A stretch of 64,000 nt of DNA from an uncultured Candidatus Saccharibacteria bacterium (lineage in GTDB: Bacteria > Patescibacteriota > Minisyncoccia > Phycocordibacterales > UBA2100). The stretch is taken from the NCBI GenBank assembly GCA_964350885.1, contig CAYGKV010000006.1, forward strand, positions 18 to 64,017. Reading direction: 5' to 3'. The notes below the pieces were generated by a model. It had not been told where the DNA came from and did no database searches. It was given only the letters and a program-made list of their open reading frames with translations. The translations under genes were made by a program, and so were the position numbers. Of the stretch, positions 9,476 to 16,898 are shown piece after piece. Each line of letters begins with the position of its first letter. The first letter of the stretch is position 1.

Positions 9476-10096
9476 ATGGACATCTTCAGCATTGTATTCA
9501 TCGCATCGGTTATCATATTTTCCGTCATCGTCCACGAAGTGATGCACGGGGTTGCCGCAGATTATCTTGGCGATCCGACCGCTCGCTACGCAGGCAGGCT
9601 CACCCTCAACCCAATCCCGCACATCGACTTCATCGGATCGATCGTCCTCCCGATTCTCTCCGCGCTCTCGCCGGGCGTCTTCCTTTTTGGGTGGGCGAAG
9701 CCGGTGCCGTACAACCCGTACAATTTACGGCGCGCCCCCTATTGGGGAGAGGCGATCGTCGCCATAGCTGGGCCTGCCTCAAACCTCGCGCTTGCGGTCG
9801 TGTTTGGTCTATTGATCCGCCTCCAGATTTTGCCTGGCGTTGCCGATCTGTTTATGTACGTTGTTGCGGTCAATGTCTCTCTCTTGATCCTCAACCTCAT
9901 TCCCGTGCCGCCGCTCGACGGATCAAAGATATTCTCTGCGATTCTTCCGAAGAGTTTCGGCTACGATCGTTTGCGGGACCAGATGGAACAGAACCCATTC
10001 CTCGGTTTTGGCGTGGTCATTCTCCTCATCGTTTTGTTTGGCAGTGCCCTCGGAAGTGCAGCATATGCCCTCGCGCGGATGATTGCGGGGGCCTAG
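9476..10096 (+). CDS. site-2 protease family (peptidase M50) membrane metalloprotease
   Basis: HEXXH zinc motif (VHEVMHG) in TM1, RLTLNPIPHIDFIGS, LDG in a later helix; 206 aa, polytopic. Confidence 0.8.
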   Translation: MDIFSIVFIASVIIFSVIVHEVMHGVAADYLGDPTARYAGRLTLNPIPHIDFIGSIVLPILSALSPGVFLFGWAKPVPYNPYNLRRAPYWGEAIVAIAGPASNLALAVVFGLLIRLQILPGVADLFMYVVAVNVSLLILNLIPVPPLDGSKIFSAILPKSFGYDRLRDQMEQNPFLGFGVVILLIVLFGSALGSAAYALARMIAGA

Positions 10097-10176
10097 AGAT
10101 TGGCCTAAGTTCTTGCATGTGTGTTCAATAGATAGTACACTCCCGCGTACCCCTTAGGGGATTTTTAATTGAAGGC

Positions 10177-10593
10177 ATGTCAACCATAAATCAACTTACG
10201 CGCAAAGCTCGGGTCAAGAAGACCTGGCGCACGAAGACTATCGCGCTTTCGCGCGGCTTCAACACGCTCAAAAACCGCCCCTCTTTCTATCCTGCCCCCT
10301 TCAAGCGCGGTGTGTGCACACGCGTGACGACCAAGACTCCCCGCAAACCGAACTCAGCTATCCGTAAGATCGCTCGCGTGCGTTTGACCAACGGAATGGA
10401 GGTCACCGCCTACATTCCCGGCGAAGGCCACAACCTTCAGGAGCACTCTGTCGTCCTCCTTCGTGGCGGCCGCGTGAAAGACATCGGCGTGCGCTACACA
10501 ATCGTGCGTGGCAAATTGGATGCGACAGGAGTCGAGAAGCGCCGCCGCGGCCGTTCATTGTACGGAGCTAAAAAACCCAAAGCAGCAAAATAG
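10177..10593 (+). CDS. rpsL: 30S ribosomal protein S12
   Basis: PTINQL..., [16 protein letters not shown] motifs; slightly longer than usual because of an insertion. Confidence 0.92.
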   Translation: MSTINQLTRKARVKKTWRTKTIALSRGFNTLKNRPSFYPAPFKRGVCTRVTTKTPRKPNSAIRKIARVRLTNGMEVTAYIPGEGHNLQEHSVVLLRGGRVKDIGVRYTIVRGKLDATGVEKRRRGRSLYGAKKPKAAK

Positions 10594-10596
10594 CAT

Positions 10597-11058
10597 ATGC
10601 GCCGTCCCGTAAAAAACAGAATGCAGCCTGCTCCGGATGAAGTGTACGGCTCTTTCAAGATTGCCAAGCTCATCAACTACGTAATGGAGCGTGGCAAGAA
10701 AGACACAGCACGCAAGATTGTCTACAAGGTGATGGATGAGCTCAAGAAAGAAGGGGATCCGGTCACCATTTTCGAAGAGGCGCTCGAGAAGGCCTCTCCT
10801 TCCGTCGAGGTGCGCTCACGCCGCGTCGGTGGGGCCAACTACCAGGTGCCGCGCGAAGTAAATCCAAATCGCAAACTCGCGCTCGGCATGCGCTGGATCG
10901 TTGAGGCGGCCGAAGGTACGAAGGGCAAGCCGATGCATGAATCATTGCTCGCCGAAATCAAAGCCGCACACAAAGGCGAAGGCGCCGCTGTCACCAAGAA
11001 AGAAACGACGCACCGCATGGCCGAAGCCAACAAAGCGTTTGCCCACTTCGCGTGGTAA
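10597..11058 (+). CDS. rpsG: 30S ribosomal protein S7
   Basis: Conserved S7 core (GGANYQVP, KLALGMRWIV). Confidence 0.92.
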   Translation: MRRPVKNRMQPAPDEVYGSFKIAKLINYVMERGKKDTARKIVYKVMDELKKEGDPVTIFEEALEKASPSVEVRSRRVGGANYQVPREVNPNRKLALGMRWIVEAAEGTKGKPMHESLLAEIKAAHKGEGAAVTKKETTHRMAEANKAFAHFAW

Positions 11059-11067
11059 TTTAGGAAT

Positions 11068-13209
11068 ATGGCTCGCGACTATCCTTTAGAGAAGGTTCGC
11101 AACTTCGGTATTGTCGCGCACGTGGACGCGGGGAAGACCACCACGTCGGAACGAATCCTTTATTACACCGGCGAGTCGCACAAAATTGGCGAAGTGCATG
11201 AAGGCAATACCGTTACCGACTGGATGGAACAGGAGCGCGAACGCGGCATCACCATCACTGCGGCCGCGATTACGTGTTTTTGGAACCCGAGCTACATGGG
11301 TGCAGACCTCTCACAGAAAGTGCGTTTCAATATTATCGATACTCCCGGCCACATCGACTTCACCTCCGAAGTGAAGCGATCCATGCGCGTGCTAGACGGT
11401 GCTGTCGTCGTGTTCGATGGCGTCGCTGGCGTGGAGCCACAGTCAGAAACCAACTGGCGCTACGCGGAAGAGGCAAATGTGCCGCGCATCTGCTACATCA
11501 ACAAGCTCGATCGCACCGGTGCCTCGTTTGAAAAGTCATACGCTTCCATCCTTGATCGTCTTTCCAACAAAGCCGTTCGTTTCCAAATTCCCATCGGCCT
11601 CGAGGATAAATTCGAAGGGATTATCAACTTGCTCTCGATGAAGGCCTACAAATTTGAGGGGGAGATGGGGAAGAACGTCATTGCATATGACATCCCAGAG
11701 CACATGATGGCGGAGGCGAAGAAATATCACGATGAGCTCATCGAGCGCATCGTGGAAAACGACGATGCCGTGATGTCTGATTTTCTCGAAGGCAAAGAAA
11801 TTCCGCTCGACGTTCTCCAAAAAACGCTTCGCAAAGGCGTAATCGCCAACAAAATTTTCCCGGTACTTACTGGTTCCTCGCTCAAGAATAAGGGAGTGCA
11901 ATTGGTGCTGGATGCAGTCGTTGATTATCTGCCGTGTCCAAAAGACATGCCCGAATCAAAGGGAATCAATACCGACACCGGTGAACCTGACACACGTCCG
12001 GCGTCGGACGAGGCTCCGTTTGCCGCGCTCGTCTTTAAAATTCAAACCGATCCTTTCGTCGGTCAACTTTCTTTCTTCCGCGTGTACTCTGGAAGCTTTA
12101 CCGCAGGGGAGACGGTGTATGATTCTGCCAACAACAAGAAAGAGCGCGTCGGTCGCATCGTCCGACTGCAGGCCGATAAACGCGAAGACGTAAAGACGGT
12201 CTACGCGGGTGAGATTGCCGCTGCAGTGGGTATGAAAGAGGTGAAGATAGGCCACACGCTCTGCGATGCAGATCACCCGATAGCCCTCGAATCCATCGTG
12301 TTTCCGGAGCCGGTCGTCTCTATGCGTGTCGAGCCCAATACAAAAGGCGACCAGGAGAGAATGGGCATGGCGCTCTCCAAACTCTCCGATGAGGACCCAA
12401 CGTTCCGCGTCAAATCTGATCCAGAAACAGGCGAAACTATCATTTCAGGCATGGGAGAATTGCACCTCGAGATCATCGTCGATCGTATGAAGCGCGAATT
12501 CAATGTGCAAGCATCGACCGGCAAGCCCCAAGTCGCATACCGCGAGACGATCCAAGGGAACGCAGACGTGGAATACAAACACATCAAGCAGACGGGTGGC
12601 CGGGGTCAGTACGGTCATGTGAAAATTCGCATCAAACCGCTTGAGCCACTCGACCCTGAGAAGAAGGTGAAAAACAACGTCGATCGAGAAGATCATTTCG
12701 AATTCACCAACAACATCAAGGGGGGTGTCATCCCGCAAGAGTTCATTCAGCCCGTGAAGAAGGGCCTCAAAGAGGCGATGGATCGCGGTGTCCTCGCCGG
12801 ATTCCCAGTCGTAGATATCTCGGTGGAATTGTACGACGGTTCCGCACACGACGTAGACTCTTCTGAAATCGCGTTCAAATTGGCGGCGATTAATGCTATG
12901 CAGGAGGCGATGCAGAAAGCGAGGCCTGTCATCCTCGAGCCGATCATGAAATTGGAAGTCGTCGTCCCCGAGAAATTCATGGGCGATGTGACTGGCATGA
13001 TCAACAGTAAGCGCGGAGCGATCGAAGCCATGGGTGAGCGTGGTCAGGCGCGCGTGATTACGGCGAAGGTCCCACTCTCCGAGCTTTTCGGATTCACCAC
13101 ACAGCTCCGCTCTCTCACCGAGGGCCGCGGAGTTCCGAACCTAGAATTCTCTCACTACGCGATTGTGCCAAAGACCGCCGCCGATTCCGTCATCGCCGCG
13201 AGAAAATAA
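11068..13209 (+). CDS. fusA: elongation factor G
   Basis: 713 aa; G domain AHVDAGKTT, DTPGHIDF, NKLD; full EF-G architecture. Confidence 0.95.
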   Translation: MARDYPLEKVRNFGIVAHVDAGKTTTSERILYYTGESHKIGEVHEGNTVTDWMEQERERGITITAAAITCFWNPSYMGADLSQKVRFNIIDTPGHIDFTSEVKRSMRVLDGAVVVFDGVAGVEPQSETNWRYAEEANVPRICYINKLDRTGASFEKSYASILDRLSNKAVRFQIPIGLEDKFEGIINLLSMKAYKFEGEMGKNVIAYDIPEHMMAEAKKYHDELIERIVENDDAVMSDFLEGKEIPLDVLQKTLRKGVIANKIFPVLTGSSLKNKGVQLVLDAVVDYLPCPKDMPESKGINTDTGEPDTRPASDEAPFAALVFKIQTDPFVGQLSFFRVYSGSFTAGETVYDSANNKKERVGRIVRLQADKREDVKTVYAGEIAAAVGMKEVKIGHTLCDADHPIALESIVFPEPVVSMRVEPNTKGDQERMGMALSKLSDEDPTFRVKSDPETGETIISGMGELHLEIIVDRMKREFNVQASTGKPQVAYRETIQGNADVEYKHIKQTGGRGQYGHVKIRIKPLEPLDPEKKVKNNVDREDHFEFTNNIKGGVIPQEFIQPVKKGLKEAMDRGVLAGFPVVDISVELYDGSAHDVDSSEIAFKLAAINAMQEAMQKARPVILEPIMKLEVVVPEKFMGDVTGMINSKRGAIEAMGERGQARVITAKVPLSELFGFTTQLRSLTEGRGVPNLEFSHYAIVPKTAADSVIAARK

Positions 13210-13210
13210 T

Positions 13211-13567
13211 TTACGCGAGGCTTGCGCCTCTGGGGTTTCCTTCTTCAAGCTGTGCTTCAGAGAGATACTCGGCTAATCGTAGCTTTGCGATGCTAATTGT
13301 TAGAGCAACCTCAGCAAGTTTCTCTTCAGTTAGCGGTTGGAAGAGGATTGCTTTGATGTATCCTCGGACGTACGATTGAAATTCCGAGAGTTGTTCGTGG
13401 TCGGCTTTCCCCATTACTTTTTGCAGTTCACCTTCACCAGCAAGAGCCGTCCGGATTCCCTTGAGGACATGTTCGAGGCCCTCCTTTATTGCCGATTTCT
13501 TCTGCAGCTCCGCTATGTCCGCAAAAGAAACGGTGCGGCCGCTCTCGCCACGATTCGTTTCTTTCAT
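13211..13567 (-). CDS. hypothetical helical protein (118 aa)
   Basis: Clean ORF convergent with fusA, with stop codons 2 nt apart; no known motifs. Confidence 0.4.
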   Translation of the reverse strand: MKETNRGESGRTVSFADIAELQKKSAIKEGLEHVLKGIRTALAGEGELQKVMGKADHEQLSEFQSYVRGYIKAILFQPLTEEKLAEVALTISIAKLRLAEYLSEAQLEEGNPRGASLA

Positions 13568-13632
13568 GAGAAAATTTTAGCACACTCAGAGAAATACGTC
13601 CCTTTCGGTGTCTCAACAACCAACAAATTAAT

Positions 13633-14050
13633 AATTTTGTGCACAACTTCCTTGCACCCACTCTCTGTGATGTACAATGAACCCCATGCTCGCACGCATT
13701 CCTCGCACTCTCCTCCAGCTCTTCTTTCTGGGTGTTGTGGTATCACTCGCGCTTAGTCTCGATTACGTCTACGCAACACACGGCGGCTGGCACGGCCCCA
13801 CCGCAGCACCACCGGGCAACAACGTCGCCGCTCCCCTCAACGTCGGGAACGCTCTCCAGGGAAAGGGTGGCGGCCTCACCATTGGGAGTACTCTCGATGT
13901 TGTAGCCAGCACAACCATGAGCGGCGGACTCGGCTTCAGGACTCGTGGCTCAGCCCTCACAAACCCCGCCTTCACCATAGACATGGGTCCACTCCCTGAA
14001 GGAGCCAATTATGGCATTCGTTTTGCTGACGGGTCGGTGCAGTTGACGGC
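13633..14050 (+). repeat. copy A of a ~418-bp direct repeat: promoter plus the first ~125 codons of a secreted protein
   Basis: Essentially identical to 14583..15001. Contains TTGCAC-N15-TACAAT and the shared N-terminus MNPMLARIPRTLLQLFF...FADGSVQLTA. Confidence 0.9.
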
Positions 14051-14447
14051 GTATGAACCAAGTGTTGCGAAGGGACCAGTTACCATCGATTTTGAATGTT
14101 GGAATTCCGATGATAACGACGGTTGTAAATCGACGGTTTCGTGTCCGGTGGGGATGACTATAAAGTCTTCGAAGTTGGCGATGAACTTGGAATATGGGTT
14201 TGTTGGGAGTGGACAACTTGGCCAAGTTGCACAGAATACAATGACCGTATTAGCACCATCTTCTAATGTTGGCGACGGAGAAGCTGAGGTATGGTTGTCA
14301 ATGAGTGAAGAAGAAAATCCAAGAATTTCGTCAGGTTCAGTTGATATTTCGGGCGTAATTGGTAAGTCGAAGCTCCGCTACTCTTGCAAAGAGAATGATA
14401 GCAATGGTGGAGACTGTCACGCTCTGGGGCAAATGGTGTGCAACTAA
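13677..14447 (+). CDS. secreted protein, variant 1: shared N-terminal module plus a Cys-containing C-terminal domain
   Basis: Signal peptide (LLQLFFLGVVVSLALSLDYVYA); residues 1-125 are identical to the paralog at 14628; unique C-terminus with 6 Cys. Confidence 0.7.
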   Translation: MNPMLARIPRTLLQLFFLGVVVSLALSLDYVYATHGGWHGPTAAPPGNNVAAPLNVGNALQGKGGGLTIGSTLDVVASTTMSGGLGFRTRGSALTNPAFTIDMGPLPEGANYGIRFADGSVQLTAYEPSVAKGPVTIDFECWNSDDNDGCKSTVSCPVGMTIKSSKLAMNLEYGFVGSGQLGQVAQNTMTVLAPSSNVGDGEAEVWLSMSEEENPRISSGSVDISGVIGKSKLRYSCKENDSNGGDCHALGQMVCN

Positions 14448-14582
14448 TTTTTTGTATCAGCTTGAGACAAAAGCTCGGTGACTCTGACTCAGTTTTCAGA
14501 CCCTACTACTATGTGGAGCAATGCACCAGGGAGTGTTTTTCTTTTTTTGGGTCGTTTAGAACCTCAAAGTTCTGGCGTGCGT

Positions 14583-15001
14583 TTTCTTTGTGCATAACCT
14601 CCTTGCACCCACTCTCTGTGATGTACAATGAACCCCATGCTCGCACGCATTCCTCGCACTCTCCTCCAGCTCTTCTTTCTGGGTGTTGTGGTATCACTCG
14701 CGCTTAGTCTCGATTACGTCTACGCAACACACGGCGGCTGGCACGGCCCCACCGCAGCACCACCGGGCAACAACGTCGCCGCTCCCCTCAACGTCGGGAA
14801 CGCTCTCCAGGGAAAGGGTGGCGGCCTCACCATTGGGAGTACTCTCGATGTTGTAGCCAGCACAACCATGAGCGGCGGACTCGGCTTCAGGACTCGTGGC
14901 TCAGCCCTCACAAACCCCGCCTTCACCATAGACATGGGTCCACTCCCTGAAGGAGCCAATTATGGCATTCGTTTTGCTGACGGGTCGGTGCAGTTGACGG
15001 C
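14583..15001 (+). repeat. copy B of the same ~418-bp direct repeat
   Basis: See copy A. The junction with unique sequence has a short tandem (gacggctgc)x2 at 14995-15012. Confidence 0.9.
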
Positions 15002-15491
15002 TGCGACGGCTGCGACGGGCGGACAGGTGCTTTCGTTTGATAAATATTTACATCTTCAACACCGTCCAGGAATTGGTGGTTACGCGGTGCCTCAAGGTTG
15101 GAATGTCCGACCATTTAATATCATCATTACTAACACAATTACGGGTGCGTCACTATCGTCAAATCGCGTAACACTCCCAGTCGGCACATACTACATCCAG
15201 GCAAAGGCGAATGCGTATAGTTCACGCACCTTTCAGTCCGCAATATATAACGTCACCGCAGGGAGTTACATACTGTTTGGCATTATGGGGTTTGCAAATG
15301 GGGGTACCGACGACCAAGGTGGGGGCAACTCTATTGTGAGCGGGGTGTTCACATTAGGCGCGCAGTCGCAACTCGAGGTACGTTTCGGTGCGTATGAAAC
15401 CGGATTGTGTTATCGCGCAGATCTTTTGATACCAGGCGGAAATGAAGCAAACTATGTGTGTACTGACGTAGAGATTTGGAAGTTGGATTAG
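14628..15491 (+). CDS. secreted protein, variant 2: shared N-terminal module plus a tail-fibre/C1q-like beta-rich C-terminal domain
   Basis: Same first ~125 aa, then a unique 160-aa C-terminal domain (GWNVRPFNIIITNT...VEIWKLD). Confidence 0.7.
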   Translation: MNPMLARIPRTLLQLFFLGVVVSLALSLDYVYATHGGWHGPTAAPPGNNVAAPLNVGNALQGKGGGLTIGSTLDVVASTTMSGGLGFRTRGSALTNPAFTIDMGPLPEGANYGIRFADGSVQLTAATAATGGQVLSFDKYLHLQHRPGIGGYAVPQGWNVRPFNIIITNTITGASLSSNRVTLPVGTYYIQAKANAYSSRTFQSAIYNVTAGSYILFGIMGFANGGTDDQGGGNSIVSGVFTLGAQSQLEVRFGAYETGLCYRADLLIPGGNEANYVCTDVEIWKLD

Positions 15492-15537
15492 TCGTGTGTG
15501 ATTTGCGCACTACTCATAAGAGTCTCCGCACAAAAAG

Positions 15538-15846
15538 ATGTATAATGAGCGCATGAACTTCTTTTCATCGACTTGGGCGCGCGTCGGGGGTGCACTCTTG
15601 CTTCTTGGCGCCTTCCTTTTTTGGTTCATCACGATGTACGCACCACCCACAGATGAATCTTTGCCAGTGATATCAATCTCGGCCAGCGACGATTCTTCTC
15701 TTTCTGCACGCGAGGCGATGCTCCAAGCCGTCACGTCTACCAGCACCACTACCCTTGAGGAACGTGAAGCGCTTCTCCGATTAATAGGCACTTCTACCGG
15801 CTCGACTGTGGAAGAACGAGAGGCGATGCTCAGGTCAGTGCAGTAA
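15538..15846 (+). CDS. small membrane protein with triplicated EEREA(M/L)L motif
   Basis: TM helix, then three copies of xxREAMLQAV / EEREALLRLI / EEREAMLRSV; extended -10 (tgtataatg) upstream. Confidence 0.5.
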   Translation: MYNERMNFFSSTWARVGGALLLLGAFLFWFITMYAPPTDESLPVISISASDDSSLSAREAMLQAVTSTSTTTLEEREALLRLIGTSTGSTVEEREAMLRSVQ

Positions 15847-16839
15847 TTGTCTATGGATCACGCGTACCAGACCGCCGCTGCGATTTTGTCGGCGCTCCTC
15901 TTGATTATCGCAGTGGCATTTTTCTCTCTGAATCCCCGTACCGCTTCTGCGGTGCACTCGAATGCCATAACAGGCTACGCATGGAGCGATACTATCGGCT
16001 GGATATCTCTCAACTGTGTAGACGGCGGGACGAACGGATCGGATATTTGCGGCACGTTCCCCTACGGTCTCATTGTGGACCCAGCAAATGGAAACATCTC
16101 AGGATACGCATGGAGCGACAACATCGGCTGGGTTTCTGCAAACGTAGCTACTGGATGTCCTTCGGGCACGTGCACTGCTCGAATCAATGGCAGTACAATA
16201 TCGGGGTGGCTAAAGGCGCTTGCCGGTGGTTCGGCGCAAAGCGGGGGATGGGACGGATGGATTAGCCTTTCCGGTAGTGGTATCGACTCGACAGGGCTTC
16301 CTTTTTCCTACGGCATCACCAAAAAAACCGACGGCACGTTTACCGGCTATGCATGGGGGAGCGCAGTCGTCGGGTGGGTTGATTTCAAAACACATGTTGT
16401 GCAAACGCACTATTCCGTATGCACCCCCTCAACTGTTTACACCTGTGTCGGTGTTGGCACAGTTCGTACTACCGTCACCGACCCCTATTGCGTGGTAACG
16501 ACAAGCGACGAGGTGTGCGATCCGCCCAAATATTGCTCCCCTGGTGTCTCTACTTGTCTCGAATCTCCCCCCACAATTACAAGGCACCTTGAGGCAATTC
16601 CGCAGCTAGTCAAAAAAGGCGGAACCACAAAGTTGTACTGGGACGTCAGCAACGTGAAGAGATGCACTGTGTCGGGTAACGGACAGACGTGGAACCTCAA
16701 GTCTTCGGGTACGGCCGGCCGGACCACCACCGCCATCAACCAACGTACCGTCTATACGATGACCTGCACCCAGATGAACAATACGACCTTCACCGAAACC
16801 GCAACCATTAGCGTCTCGCCGGTGTTTCAGGAAAGATGA
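15847..16839 (+). CDS. secreted/membrane-anchored GYAWS-IGWIS repeat protein with Cys-rich and Ig-like C-terminal domain
   Basis: N-terminal TM/signal; four repeats (ITGYAWSDTIGWISLNC, ISGYAWSDNIGWVSANV, GGWDGWISLSG, FTGYAWGSAVVGWVDF); paralog of 31588..32841. Confidence 0.7.
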   Translation: MSMDHAYQTAAAILSALLLIIAVAFFSLNPRTASAVHSNAITGYAWSDTIGWISLNCVDGGTNGSDICGTFPYGLIVDPANGNISGYAWSDNIGWVSANVATGCPSGTCTARINGSTISGWLKALAGGSAQSGGWDGWISLSGSGIDSTGLPFSYGITKKTDGTFTGYAWGSAVVGWVDFKTHVVQTHYSVCTPSTVYTCVGVGTVRTTVTDPYCVVTTSDEVCDPPKYCSPGVSTCLESPPTITRHLEAIPQLVKKGGTTKLYWDVSNVKRCTVSGNGQTWNLKSSGTAGRTTTAINQRTVYTMTCTQMNNTTFTETATISVSPVFQER

Positions 16840-16898
16840 TATTGGATTTTTAGACGATGTAGAAGGATATGACACAATTTCTCTGGTATCATTAGAAG

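Noticed and set aside
9409-10131. 240-aa ORF overlapping the M50 protease gene in another frame
   Set aside because: It is Arg/Cys-rich low-complexity, while the 9476..10096 frame gives a clean HEXXH M50 protease with TM helices.
13769-14008. Identical 79-aa minus-strand ORFs at 13769..14008 and 14720..14959
   Set aside because: They lie antisense inside the duplicated 418-bp repeat. Their identity is a consequence of the repeat, and they are shadow ORFs of the real plus-strand genes.
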